Assembly (NCBI GenBank): GCA_963711765.1
Contig: CAVQFC010000002.1
Coordinates: 777,644-841,643 of the forward strand
DNA from: an uncultured Acidobacteriota bacterium
Lineage (GTDB): Bacteria; Acidobacteriota; Vicinamibacteria; Vicinamibacterales; CAVVIG01
Direction: 5' to 3'
Length of the DNA stretch: 64,000 nucleotides
The stretch's first letter is position 1, and each line of letters opens with the position of its first letter. The notes beneath the pieces were generated by a model, which was not told the origin of the DNA, did no database searches, and saw nothing but the letters and a program-made list of their open reading frames with translations. Position numbers and translations under genes: made by a program. Below are positions 8,991-17,948 of this stretch, piece after piece.

Positions 8991-9081
8991 CAGTCTCCAG
9001 TCGTCAGTCAGTCGCCGGTCGGGCGGGTGGCTGACGACTATCGAGTGACTGGAGACTGACGATTGACGACTGACGACTGGA
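8991..9081. repeat. inverted heptanucleotide arrays (CAGTCnn x3 / GACTGnn x5) forming a long hairpin
   Basis: cagtctc cagtcgt cagtcag lies at 8991-9011. gactgga gactgac gattgac gactgac gactgga lies at 9047-9081. The arms 8991-9002 and 9047-9058 are perfectly complementary (12 bp), with an inner 8-bp pair at 9002-9009/9031-9038. The element sits between convergent genes. Confidence 0.7.
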
Positions 9082-9156
9082 CGTGTTCCGGTCGCACTCC
9101 GACCCCGACCAGCCGCGCCGGTATACGGCGGAGCATCGGGAACCGCCGCAGCAGCT

Positions 9157-10266
9157 TCAGGACGAACGGGAGTTGCTGCGGCCCTTTTCTTTCAGGGCAG
9201 GACCAAGAAACCGGTTCTGCACCATCAGCTGGGCGCCCTGAGTCCAGCGCGTCGGCAGCTCGCGCCTCTTCTGAACCCTCGCCAGATCCTCTTCCGAGCA
9301 GCGTCCGCGTCTGAGCGGCTCAGCGAGCGCGTTGGCGGCGGCCACCGCATCCTGAATCGCCAGGTTGATGCCGACGCCGCCGATCGGCGACATCGCGTGC
9401 GCCGCGTCGCCGATGCAGAGCAGTCCGGGCCGATGCCACGATCGCAGACGATCGACGACCACCGTGAGCAGTTTGATGTCGTCCCAATCCTTCAGTTCGT
9501 CGACGCGGTCACGCATGAACGGCGCGATCGAGATCAGCGTCGCGCGGAACGCCTCGAGACCGCGCGCCTTGACGTCCTCGATTCCACCTTTGGGGATGAC
9601 ATACGCGCATTGCCAGTAATCGCCGCGATCGAGCATCACCAGGATGTGACCGCTGGCGATGTTGCCGAGTGCCTGAGGCGGATCGCCCGGGCGTCTGGAC
9701 ACGCGCATCCAGAGCACGTCCAGGGGCGCACCGAAGTCCTCGCGCTGAAATCCGGCACGCTCCCGAACAATCGAATGGCGGCCGTCCGCTCCGATCACCA
9801 GGTCCGCGCGAATCTCCTCTCGAGCGCTCGGCGTCTGGACGACGACGCCAGCGATGCGACCGCCATCCTGAATCAGGTCAACGACCTCAGTTCGTCGACG
9901 CAGTTCGAAGGCTGGTAAGGCGCGGGCCTGCTCGGCGAGAAAGTCGAGGAAGTCCCACTGCGGCATCAGCGCGATGAACTTGCAGTGGGTCGGGACGTGG
10001 CTGAAATCGGCAATCGTCACCGTTTCGCCGGCGAGATTGCCGCGCAGTTCGCGTACTTCCGTGTGCGGACGCTTCAGGAACTCGTCCACGATGCCAAGCT
10101 CGTAGAGCACTTCCAGCGTGGACGGATGGACGGTGTCGCCGCGGAAATCGCGCAGGAAGTCGGCGTGTTTCTCGAGCACCAGCGTCTGCACGCCGGCGCG
10201 AGCGAGGAGAAATCCGAGCATCATCCCGGCCGGACCGCCGCCGGCGATGACGCATTGCGTTTTCAT
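9157..10266 (-). CDS. FAD-dependent monooxygenase (UbiH/PheA-type)
   Basis: Start chosen at 'MKTQCVIAGGGPAGMMLGFLLARAG' (GxGxxG). 'CIGDAAHAMSPIGGVGINLAIQDA' is an FAD/substrate motif. Confidence 0.85.
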   Translation of the reverse strand: MKTQCVIAGGGPAGMMLGFLLARAGVQTLVLEKHADFLRDFRGDTVHPSTLEVLYELGIVDEFLKRPHTEVRELRGNLAGETVTIADFSHVPTHCKFIALMPQWDFLDFLAEQARALPAFELRRRTEVVDLIQDGGRIAGVVVQTPSAREEIRADLVIGADGRHSIVRERAGFQREDFGAPLDVLWMRVSRRPGDPPQALGNIASGHILVMLDRGDYWQCAYVIPKGGIEDVKARGLEAFRATLISIAPFMRDRVDELKDWDDIKLLTVVVDRLRSWHRPGLLCIGDAAHAMSPIGGVGINLAIQDAVAAANALAEPLRRGRCSEEDLARVQKRRELPTRWTQGAQLMVQNRFLGPALKEKGRSNSRSS

Positions 10267-10369
10267 CCGCCCATGATAGGCCGCGGAAGTCGTGAGCGAC
10301 ACACGCAGGTGCGCGTGCACCGCTGTGGCGGAGCCGAGCAGGGTCGGCTCCGCCGCAAGGATCGGGGGG

Positions 10370-10891
10370 TTACTGCACCTTCACCAGCTGCCCGCGCATC
10401 ACCCCGCCCGGGTTCTGAGACGTGTGAATGTTGAAATAGTAGTTGGAGGGGTTGTTGATGATGGTCTGGGCGAGCGCAGGGTCGACGCCCGATTGAGTCG
10501 CCGTGAAGGTGCCGGAGCCATTGGTGAGCGAAATCGTCCCCGCCTTTGCCACGGCGGGCACCACCACCGGACCCGGCCCGACGCCGAAAGCGCCCTGGTG
10601 AATGTGCGCGATCGTCACCACGGTGGTCGACGGAAATCCGAACATGCTCGCGGTGAAGTCCACGCTCGCGGTCGAAATGTTCCCGGAGGCATCCTTCGTC
10701 ACGTTGAAGACGATGGTCGCGGTGCCGGAACCCACCGACTCGGAGTTGGTGATCGGCGGGGTTTCGTTCGCCGGCGAGAGCGTCGCCGTGAAGGTTGGCG
10801 CACCGTTGGTCGGACTGGTGGATGAGGAAGACGAACCGCAGCCGGCGGCGCACAACGCGAGGACAACGGCGAGGATGGTTGAAGCTTTCAT
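10370..10891 (-). CDS. CHRD domain lipoprotein
   Basis: Lipobox 'LALCAAGCGSS'. CHRD-like 'ANETPPITNSESVGSGTATIVFN', 'AHIHQGAFGVGPGPVVV' and 'YFNIHTSQNPGGVMRGQL'. Confidence 0.75.
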   Translation of the reverse strand: MKASTILAVVLALCAAGCGSSSSSTSPTNGAPTFTATLSPANETPPITNSESVGSGTATIVFNVTKDASGNISTASVDFTASMFGFPSTTVVTIAHIHQGAFGVGPGPVVVPAVAKAGTISLTNGSGTFTATQSGVDPALAQTIINNPSNYYFNIHTSQNPGGVMRGQLVKVQ

Positions 10892-10909
10892 CGGCAGACT
10901 CCTTCGAAA

Positions 10910-11860
10910 TCAGAAAAACTTGCGGGACAGGTTGAAGCCGAGATACAGGCTGTCGGGGTTTCCGCCGCGTGCGAGCTGCCCATAGGTCACCGCGGACGAA
11001 TTGGCGAACGTAATCGCGAAGACGTGGGCGCCCACACGCGTCTCGAGCGAGAACGCGAACTCGGCGTTACGGGGCGTGTAGCCGGCCGCGCGCGGCGAAC
11101 CTTCCACCACGATGTAGAGGGTCGGCGTGAGACGGACGCGCGTGCCCAGTCCCACGTAGAAAGTGTTCCGCACCTCCTCCCCTACGTCCGGCAGCGTGTT
11201 GTGGACGAACATCGGCGTCGCGTACAACGCCAGCCTCGACGCGACCGTCCTCGAGATGACCGCGCCGAACGCCGGCGCCCAGCGCTCGCTGAAATTGTCG
11301 CCGCCCTCGATGTTCACGATTGCGGAGATGCCGAGCGGCATCGAATCGGTCTGATGGAACGCGTCGATCTTCGTGCCGAGCGAGATCGTTCGATCGACGT
11401 TGGTCCGCGATGCGATCAGCTCGACGTGCTTGAACAGGCCGAACCGGTATTCGAAGTCGATCGTGGCGCCCTCGTCGAGCCCGAACAAGTTCGACAACTG
11501 CGTCTCGAAGCTGTCCTCGACCAGGTTCTCGTTGAAGCGGTGCGTCAGATGGAAGTTGCCGGCGTGCCGCGGCAGCGGCAGCGTGGTCGGCAGATTGACC
11601 AGGCTGTAGTCCGGTTCCAACGGACGCAGCCTGGCGTCATCGTCATCGTCGGCCAGCGACGCCATGTCGTCGCCCGCTGACGGTGTGGCGGCGGCCTCGG
11701 CGGTCGGTGGCTGCGCCGGTTCGGGAGGCTGCGCCTGCGTGACTTTCGCGCCGGCGAGCATGAATATCAGGAACAGAGCGGTAGCGGTCGCGCATGAGTG
11801 TCGGATCACGATGTGCCTCCCTGAGCAAGGTCCGGACCAGCCGTAACCTGCTGAGAACAA
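10910..11860 (-). CDS. outer-membrane beta-barrel protein (DUF5777-like)
   Basis: Hydrophobic leader 'ATALFLIFMLAGAKVTQA', alternating beta pattern and C-terminal '...LYLGFNLSRKFF'. 'LVNLPTTLPLPRHAGNFHLTHRF' resembles DUF5777 as I remember it. The true start may be internal. Confidence 0.6.
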   Translation of the reverse strand: MFSAGYGWSGPCSGRHIVIRHSCATATALFLIFMLAGAKVTQAQPPEPAQPPTAEAAATPSAGDDMASLADDDDDARLRPLEPDYSLVNLPTTLPLPRHAGNFHLTHRFNENLVEDSFETQLSNLFGLDEGATIDFEYRFGLFKHVELIASRTNVDRTISLGTKIDAFHQTDSMPLGISAIVNIEGGDNFSERWAPAFGAVISRTVASRLALYATPMFVHNTLPDVGEEVRNTFYVGLGTRVRLTPTLYIVVEGSPRAAGYTPRNAEFAFSLETRVGAHVFAITFANSSAVTYGQLARGGNPDSLYLGFNLSRKFF

Positions 11861-11900
11861 TAGAGCGCTGACGGTTCGACGTTACTGCGAACGTAAGGCT

Positions 11901-11993
11901 TTACGGTCTGCGATAGACGACACGGCCGCCGACCATCGTCATCGCGACAACCATCTGTTCGATCTGTTTGGCGGGAACCGTGAGTAGATCGCC
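11901..11993 (-). pseudogene. 3' relic of an amidohydrolase gene (last ~30 codons)
   Basis: The minus-strand translation 'GDLLTVPAKQIEQMVVAMTMVGGRVVYRRP*' matches the typical amidohydrolase C-terminus pattern. There is no start codon or upstream body, and it abuts a heptamer repeat. Confidence 0.3.
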
Positions 11994-11994
11994 T

Positions 11995-12014
11995 GACTGC
12001 CGACTGCCGACTGA
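11995..12014. repeat. heptanucleotide tandem repeat (GACTGCC x3)
   Basis: gactgcc gactgcc gactga read directly. Confidence 0.6.
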
Positions 12015-12077
12015 TGTTACCGTCCAGCCGCCCGTTTGGGTGATTCATGCCGTCCATGGTTCTGTCACGATTGCCGC

Positions 12078-12977
12078 ATGTCCAACGACCTTCTGACAAG
12101 CTTTTCGAATCAACTCGCGGATGCCGTGTCCGCCGCTTCACCGTCCGTCGTCCAGGTGCAGGGACGCCGACGGCCTGCCAGCGGCCTCGTCTACGCTGAA
12201 AATGTGGTACTGACGACCGTCCGCGCGCTGGGCCGCGAGGATGGCCTGCACGTCAGGCGCGGTGATGGCCAGACGCTGGAGGCCGAGCTCGCGGGATGGG
12301 ATCCCACCACCAGTCTTGCGGTGCTGCGGGTGCCGGACCTTGGCACGCCCGCAATTGCTCCCTCCGCAGTCGCACCCCGGGTCGGCCATCTCGCGATCGC
12401 CGTCGCCCGCTCATGGAGCAACGTCGTCACCGCGAGCGCCGGGTTGGTGTCGGTGATCGGCGGACCGCTGCCGACCGGACGGCGCCGCGCCATCGATCAG
12501 GTGATCCGGACGACCGCGCCGATGCACGATGGCTTCGCTGGCGGCGCCTTTCTCGATACCGACGGCGGACTGATCGGCATCGCCACGTCCACGACCATTC
12601 GGGGGACCGGCGTCGTCATTCCTGCGTCAATCGCGTGGAAGACCGCGGCGACCGTCCTCGAGCACGGCAGTCTCAAGCGTGGCTACCTCGGCATCGCCGG
12701 CCAGCCGGTGGCGTTGCCCGAGAACCAGCAGTCGCCCGGCGGACGCGAGCAGGCGCTGCTGGTGGTCGGCGTGACCAGCGCGAGCCCGGCCGCGACGGCC
12801 GGCGTGCTGGTCGGTGACGTACTCCTCGAATTCGACGGTCATCCGATCGAGTCGCCCGAAGAACTGCTCGACCTGCTGCTCGGCGACCGGGTCGGACGCC
12901 CTGTACCGTTGAAGGTCCTGCGGGGCGGCAACGTCACCGATCTGCAGGTCACCATTGGTGAGCGACCGGTCCACTGA
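12078..12977 (+). CDS. HtrA/S1C-like protein with PDZ domain, catalytic triad absent (pseudoprotease)
   Basis: It aligns by eye to the neighbouring HtrA at 13446-14372. 'LTTVRAL' corresponds to 'LTNSHVV' (His->Arg). 'TTSLAVLRV' corresponds to 'HTDLAVVRI' (Asp->Ser). 'HDGFAGGAFL' corresponds to 'NPGNSGGPLV' (Ser->Ala). The PDZ-like 'RGYLGIAGQPV...VVGVTSASPAATAGVLVGDVLLEFDG' is retained. No signal peptide. Confidence 0.8.
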   Translation: MSNDLLTSFSNQLADAVSAASPSVVQVQGRRRPASGLVYAENVVLTTVRALGREDGLHVRRGDGQTLEAELAGWDPTTSLAVLRVPDLGTPAIAPSAVAPRVGHLAIAVARSWSNVVTASAGLVSVIGGPLPTGRRRAIDQVIRTTAPMHDGFAGGAFLDTDGGLIGIATSTTIRGTGVVIPASIAWKTAATVLEHGSLKRGYLGIAGQPVALPENQQSPGGREQALLVVGVTSASPAATAGVLVGDVLLEFDGHPIESPEELLDLLLGDRVGRPVPLKVLRGGNVTDLQVTIGERPVH

Positions 12978-12981
12978 GCGT

Positions 12982-13359
12982 ATGCGGGTATTGCTGGTCG
13001 GTACGGTGTCGGAAAGGGCGCGCCTTCGCTCACAGGTGAACGGCGCGATGGAAGTCGCCGGCGAGTTCGACTCGCTGGCGGCCGCGCGCCTGGCCGAGCG
13101 CGACCACGACGCGATTCTGGTCGCGCCCGACGCGCCGGATGGCGATGACGAAGGCATTGACGAGCCGCTGACGCCGAGAGAAGTGCAGGTGCTGGAGCTG
13201 CTCGCGGAAGGCCTGACGAACAAAGCGATTGCCGCACGGTTGCAGATCAGCGACCAGACGGTGAAGTTCCACGTCTCGTCGATTTCCGGAAAGCTCGGCG
13301 CCGTCAACCGCACCGACGCCGTTCGACGAGCGGTCCGGCGGGGGCTCATTACGCTATAG
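12982..13359 (+). CDS. LuxR-family HTH regulator with truncated, degenerate receiver
   Basis: ATG lies 4 nt after the upstream stop. The ~60-aa N-terminus 'MRVLLVGTVSE...HDAILVAPD' stops after the beta3-equivalent and lacks the acidic DD pair. The C-terminal 'LTPREVQVLELLAEGLTNKAIAARLQISDQTVKFHVSSI' is a LuxR/GerE HTH. Confidence 0.8.
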   Translation: MRVLLVGTVSERARLRSQVNGAMEVAGEFDSLAAARLAERDHDAILVAPDAPDGDDEGIDEPLTPREVQVLELLAEGLTNKAIAARLQISDQTVKFHVSSISGKLGAVNRTDAVRRAVRRGLITL

Positions 13360-13363
13360 CGAT

Positions 13364-13442
13364 TTCAGACTTAAGAGTTCAGATTTGAGATTGATTTCGG
13401 ATTTCTGAATTCCAATCTGAATTCTGAAATCTTAAATCTGAA
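13364..13442. terminator. AT-rich 29-bp imperfect inverted repeat built from TTCAGAN heptamers (candidate bidirectional terminator)
   Basis: The left arm (13364-13392, ttcagacttaagagttcagatttgagatt) matches the reverse complement of the right arm (13414-13442) at 25 of 29 positions. It lies between convergent stops at 13359 and 13446. Confidence 0.5.
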
Positions 13443-13445
13443 TTT

Positions 13446-14372
13446 CTAAGCGCTCTCGATGGGAACCACCGTGAGCTGACGACGTTCGGCCGAGCGCAGA
13501 ATCCTGAGTACCTGCGGCACGCCGATGCGATCGGCGGTCAGCAGACGGTGCAGATCATCGACGCCGGTCACGGCTTCGCCGGCGAACGCCAGCACCACAT
13601 CACCGTCCTTCAGACCGGCGATCGCGGCCGGGCTCTTTTCCTCCACCGAGACCACGAACACGCCGGAGGTGACCACCAGCTGGTTGACGCGCGCGACCGC
13701 CCGCGGAATCGGGACCGTCTGACCGCCGAGCCCGATGTAGCTCCGGCGAATCCGGCCGTCACGGATCAGCCGCGCCACGACGAACCGCACCGTATTGCTC
13801 GCGATCGCGAAGCACAGACCCTGCGCCGGGAGGATCGTCGCGGTGTTGATTCCAATGACCTCACCGCGGGTCGTGACCAGCGGCCCGCCGGAATTGCCGG
13901 GGTTGAGCGCGGCATCGGTCTGGATGATGTCGTCCATCAGGCGGCCCGATCGCGCGCGCAGCGACCGTCCGAGCGCGCTGACGACGCCGGCCGTCACCGA
14001 GTGATCGAACCCGTAGGGATTGCCAATCGCGACCGCGATCTGGCCGACGCGAATGGCGCGCGAGTCACCGAGCGTCGCCCACGGCAGCGCCGACCCGTCG
14101 ATGCGGACCACGGCCAGATCGGTGTGCGCGTCCTGCCCGATCAGGTCGGCGCGCGCCGAGCGTCCGTCGGTCATGACCACCGTCAGCGCGCCAGCGCCCT
14201 CGACAACGTGGCTGTTGGTGAGAATCAGGCCGTCCGGCGTGAACAGGACGCCCGAGCCGCCGCCACGTTCCGCTTGAATCTTGACGACCGCCGGACCGAC
14301 CGTCTCAACGGCATGAACGACTGACGAGGAATAAGCGTCGAGCAGCGCGCTCTCGTCTGGCTGGGCGAGCAT
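13446..14372 (-). CDS. HtrA/DegP-type S1C serine protease with PDZ domain (triad intact)
   Basis: 'LTNSHVV', 'TDLAVVRI' and 'TDAALNPGNSGGPLV' are present, with PDZ-like 'RSYIGLGGQ...VEEKSPAAIAGLKDGDVVLAFAG'. No obvious signal peptide. Confidence 0.85.
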   Translation of the reverse strand: MLAQPDESALLDAYSSSVVHAVETVGPAVVKIQAERGGGSGVLFTPDGLILTNSHVVEGAGALTVVMTDGRSARADLIGQDAHTDLAVVRIDGSALPWATLGDSRAIRVGQIAVAIGNPYGFDHSVTAGVVSALGRSLRARSGRLMDDIIQTDAALNPGNSGGPLVTTRGEVIGINTATILPAQGLCFAIASNTVRFVVARLIRDGRIRRSYIGLGGQTVPIPRAVARVNQLVVTSGVFVVSVEEKSPAAIAGLKDGDVVLAFAGEAVTGVDDLHRLLTADRIGVPQVLRILRSAERRQLTVVPIESA

Positions 14373-14431
14373 GCCTCGATCATAGGAATTGCGGAGGGAT
14401 GGTGCACCACCCGAACGGGCAGGTCCTTTTA

Positions 14432-14476
14432 CACTTCAGATTTCAGACTTCAGATTCTAACTGCTAATTTCTAACC
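14432..14476. repeat. AT-rich heptamer array (TTCAGAN x3, TCTAAC-type x3)
   Basis: The array is cac ttcagat ttcagac ttcagat tctaact gctaatt tctaacc. It overlaps the last codons and stop of the D-aminoacylase gene. Confidence 0.6.
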
Positions 14477-16155
14477 TTAGAGTGCCACCCTGGTCCGCGC
14501 ACGACCCGCCCAGGCGTACTGGCCGGTGTGCTCGTCCGTCTTTCAGCACCTGACCACCATTGACCCACACATCCCTCACACCGACAGCGTACTGGTGTGG
14601 CCGCTCGTAGGTCGAACGGTCGGCGATCGTCTTTGGATCGAAGACGACCACGTCGGCGAAGTAGCCGGGCTCGAGACGGCCGCGCTGCTTGATCCGCAGC
14701 GTCGATGCCGGGAACGATGTCAGCCTGCGGATCGCCTCGGCCATCGGGATCACCTGGTCGTCGCGAACGTACTTGCCGAGCAGCCGCGCGAAGTTGCCGT
14801 AGGCGCGTGGATGGGTGCTGGTCTTGATGAATACACCTTCCGGCGCCATCGACGAAGCATCGGAGCCGAAGCTGACCCACGGCAGCGCGATCTGTTTTTT
14901 GACGTTGTCCTCGGACATCAGGAAGTAGACCACCTGCACGCGGCTGCCGTCCTCGACGACGAGATCCATCGCGGTGTCCTGAATGGACGTGCCGCGAATT
15001 TTCGCGACGTCCGCGAGGGTCTTGCCCGCGTAGCTCCGCAACGCTTCGTTCTTGAACCCGACCAGCAGCGTGCCCTGGCCGCCGGCGGCCAGCATCAGGT
15101 TCTCCCAGGTGTCGCTCGGTGTCGATCATCTCCCGGCGCACTCGGGCGCGAGTCTTCGGATCCTGAAGCCGCGCCGCCCACGCCTTGTAGCCGCCCTCCT
15201 GAACCCAGGGCGGCATCGCCGCGTCGAGTCCGGTCGAGCCGGCGGTGTAGGTGTACATGTCGGCGGTGACGTCGAGGCCGTCATGCCGCGCCGTCTCGAT
15301 CTTCGCGATCGCAGCATCGAGCTTCGGCCAGTTCGACTCGCCGCTGGCCTTCAGGTGATAGATCTCGGCGCGGATGTTCGCCTCGCGGGCGATCGTCAAC
15401 GTTTCGTCGATCGCCTCGAGCAGACGGTTGCCTTCGCTGCGCATGTGAGAGATGTACATGCCGCCCGACTGCGAGGCGACCTTGGCGAGTTCGACGAGTT
15501 CGTCGGTCTTTGCGAACACACCGGGGATGTAGATGAGCGCAGTCGTCAGGCCCATGGCGCCCTCGTCCATCGCCCGGCGCACGTGGCCGCGCATCCGCTC
15601 GAGCTCCTCGGCCGTGGGCGGACGATTGTTCAGGCCGACCTCGTTGGCGCGAATGGTCGCGGCGCTGACGAACGACGCAACGTTGGTCGAAATACCGCGC
15701 GCCTCGAGAAAATCGAGATAGCCGCCAAGCGTATTCCAGGGAATGTCGAACGTGATGTCGCCCTGCCGCTCCATCTGCTCGCGCTTCATCTGGTCGGTGA
15801 TCGGCCCCATCGAGCTCTCACCGAACACTTCGAGCGTCACGCCTTGCCTGACGGTGCCCTGCGCGTGCCCGTCGGCAATCAGCGAGGTCTCGGAGTGGCT
15901 CAGCATGTTGATGAAGCCGGGAGCAACCGCCAGACCGGACGCGTCCACTTCTTCGCGTCCGCGCTCGCTCCCGAGATCGCCAATGGCCGCGATGCGATCG
16001 CCCTGAATCGCCACATCGGCGGTCCTGCCGTCGGCGCCGGTGCCGTCGTAGACGGTGCCGTGCCGGATCACGACGTCGTACTTCGGCGCCTGCATTCTGG
16101 CGCAGCCGGCGATCATAGAAACGATTCCGACAAATGAAAGGACTACTGGCTTCAA
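14464..16155 (-). pseudogene. N-acyl-D-amino-acid deacylase (D-aminoacylase) family amidohydrolase, interrupted
   Basis: 'KYDVVIRHGTVYDGTG...APGFINMLSHSE', 'GMYISHMRSEG' and the C-terminal 'PGRVVRGPGW' are spread over three frames. Breaks lie near 15110, 14545 and 14520. Putative TTG start at 16155 with a lipobox-like 'MIAGC'. Confidence 0.8.
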
Positions 16156-16159
16156 TGAC

Positions 16160-16910
16160 TCACTCCCAGCGAAACACTTTCGCGGACAGCGCGACGCAGG
16201 CGACGCCAATCACCCCGAGCGCAGCGATGTCGCCGGCATGCGAGGACCAGCTCTCGCCGGTCCAGATCCCCTGGAGCAGCGATACAGCATAGGTCATCGG
16301 CAACAGACGAGTCGCAATGCGTAGAACCGGCGGGAATGCCGCGACCGGAAAGAACAGGCCTGACAGCGCCAGCATCGGGTAGAGGAGGACAGCACCAACC
16401 GGCTGGGCAAATCGCGCCGTGGGAACGAGGCTCGCGATCACGAAGCCGAACGACAGGATGCTCGCCGTGCTGATCAGCAGCGCCACCGTGAAGGCGCCGA
16501 GCGGCACCTGCTGCGCCCACCGGGTAATAACGCCGGCCGGCGAGCATCGTCAATGCCAGCGTCGCGGCGGTCAACAGCAGCTTGACCAGGACCTGCGCCA
16601 GCAGAATCGTCGGCGGACGCAGCGGCGTGGCGCGCAGACGCTTGAGGATCCCGCCTTCGCGGTAAACGGCAATGATGGTCACCAGCGACAGCACGGCGCT
16701 GATCGCAATCAGCATCGAGACCAGGACCGGCATCGCGACCACGAGAAACCTGGTGTCCACAGCCGGAGCCGCCGACCCGCGATTGCCGCCGAGACGTCCG
16801 AGGACGACGAAGATCACCACCGGCACGACCACGGTGCCGACCGCGCCGAGCGGCTCGCGCAGGAAGATTTTCAGCTCGAGCCAGGTCAGTTTGAGGAGTC
16901 CACGCCACAT
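16160..16910 (-). pseudogene. ABC-2 type transporter permease, one frame break
   Basis: The N-terminal part is in ORF 16152..16910 and the C-terminal part in ORF 16160..16507. The switch is near 16520. Confidence 0.75.
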
Positions 16911-16920
16911 CGGCTGCCGC

Positions 16921-17844
16921 CTAGTCCCGAATCGAGTGACCGGTCACGGTGAGAAACACATCCTCGAGCGTCGGAACGATGGTCCGGAAGTCGGTCACGC
17001 GAATGCGGTGCTCGGACAGACACTGGATGACGTCGCTGACGAGATCGTCGCCGCATCCCCGAATCGTGTAGCGGACGCCCTGACGCTCGACCGCGTCCAC
17101 GCCAGGAATCGTCCGGAAGCGATCGCCGGCAGTCTCCTCGTCCGCGGCGAGCTCGACCGACCGCTGCGGACAATGCCGAGCCACCAGCCGCGCCGGCGTG
17201 CCGATGTCGACAATCCGACCGTGATCGATGATCGCGACCCGGTCGCACAGGCGCTCGGCTTCCTCCATCAGATGCGTGGTGAGGAACACCGTCCTGCCCC
17301 GCTCGCGGATGTCGCGCACCAGATCCCAGATCGCCCGCCGCGACTGCGGATCGAGGCCGGTCGTCAGTTCGTCGAGAAAGACCACGTCGGGATCGTTGAT
17401 CAGCGCGAGCGCGATGAACAGGCGCTGCTTCTGGCCGCCAGACAACGTCATGAACCAGGCGTTGCGCTTGTCGCCCAGACCGAGTTGCTCGAGCAGCCGG
17501 TCGCCGTCGATCGTCTTCCTGCGATAGAGCGACGCCCAGAGATCGACCGCTTCCCACACCTTGACGCGTTTCTGCAGTTGCGCCTGCTGCAGCTGCACGC
17601 CGATTCGCTCCTGCAGCTTGTAGACGTCGCGGACCGGGTTGAGGCCGAGGACGGTGATCGTCCCGCGATCCGGCGCCCGTACACCCTCGATGCACTCCAT
17701 CGTGGTCGTCTTGCCGGCGCCGTTTGGACCGATCAGGCCGAAGATCTCGCCGTCGTTCACGTCAAACGACACATTGTCGACGGCAACGGTGGAACCGTAG
17801 CTCTTACCGAAGCCGGCGACCTGAATGATGGGAGCAGTCGTCAA
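16921..17844 (-). CDS. ABC transporter ATP-binding protein
   Basis: Walker A 'GPNGAGKTTT', signature 'LSGGQKQRL', Walker B 'VVFLDELTTGLD'. Confidence 0.9.
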   Translation of the reverse strand: MTTAPIIQVAGFGKSYGSTVAVDNVSFDVNDGEIFGLIGPNGAGKTTTMECIEGVRAPDRGTITVLGLNPVRDVYKLQERIGVQLQQAQLQKRVKVWEAVDLWASLYRRKTIDGDRLLEQLGLGDKRNAWFMTLSGGQKQRLFIALALINDPDVVFLDELTTGLDPQSRRAIWDLVRDIRERGRTVFLTTHLMEEAERLCDRVAIIDHGRIVDIGTPARLVARHCPQRSVELAADEETAGDRFRTIPGVDAVERQGVRYTIRGCGDDLVSDVIQCLSEHRIRVTDFRTIVPTLEDVFLTVTGHSIRD

Positions 17845-17888
17845 TCGCGCACGCCGCCTTCAACCCGACATCTGCATACCGCTGACAC

Positions 17889-17943
17889 GTAGTGTCCGGC
17901 TTCAGCCGGCTCGCGTGGGTCCGCCTGAAGGCGGACACTACAC
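17889..17943. repeat. REP-like hairpin pair inside a larger palindrome
   Basis: The sequence is gtagtgtccggcttcagccggctcgcgtgggtccgcctgaaggcggacactac. The outer arms gtagtgtcc/ggacactac are complementary. Confidence 0.7.
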
Positions 17944-17948
17944 CCGCG

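Noticed and set aside
17889-17943. REP-like composites as integron attC sites or MITEs
   Set aside because: No integrase or transposase is present. There are no terminal inverted repeats with target-site duplication, no GTTRRRY-type core sites, and the elements are too short (18-55 bp).
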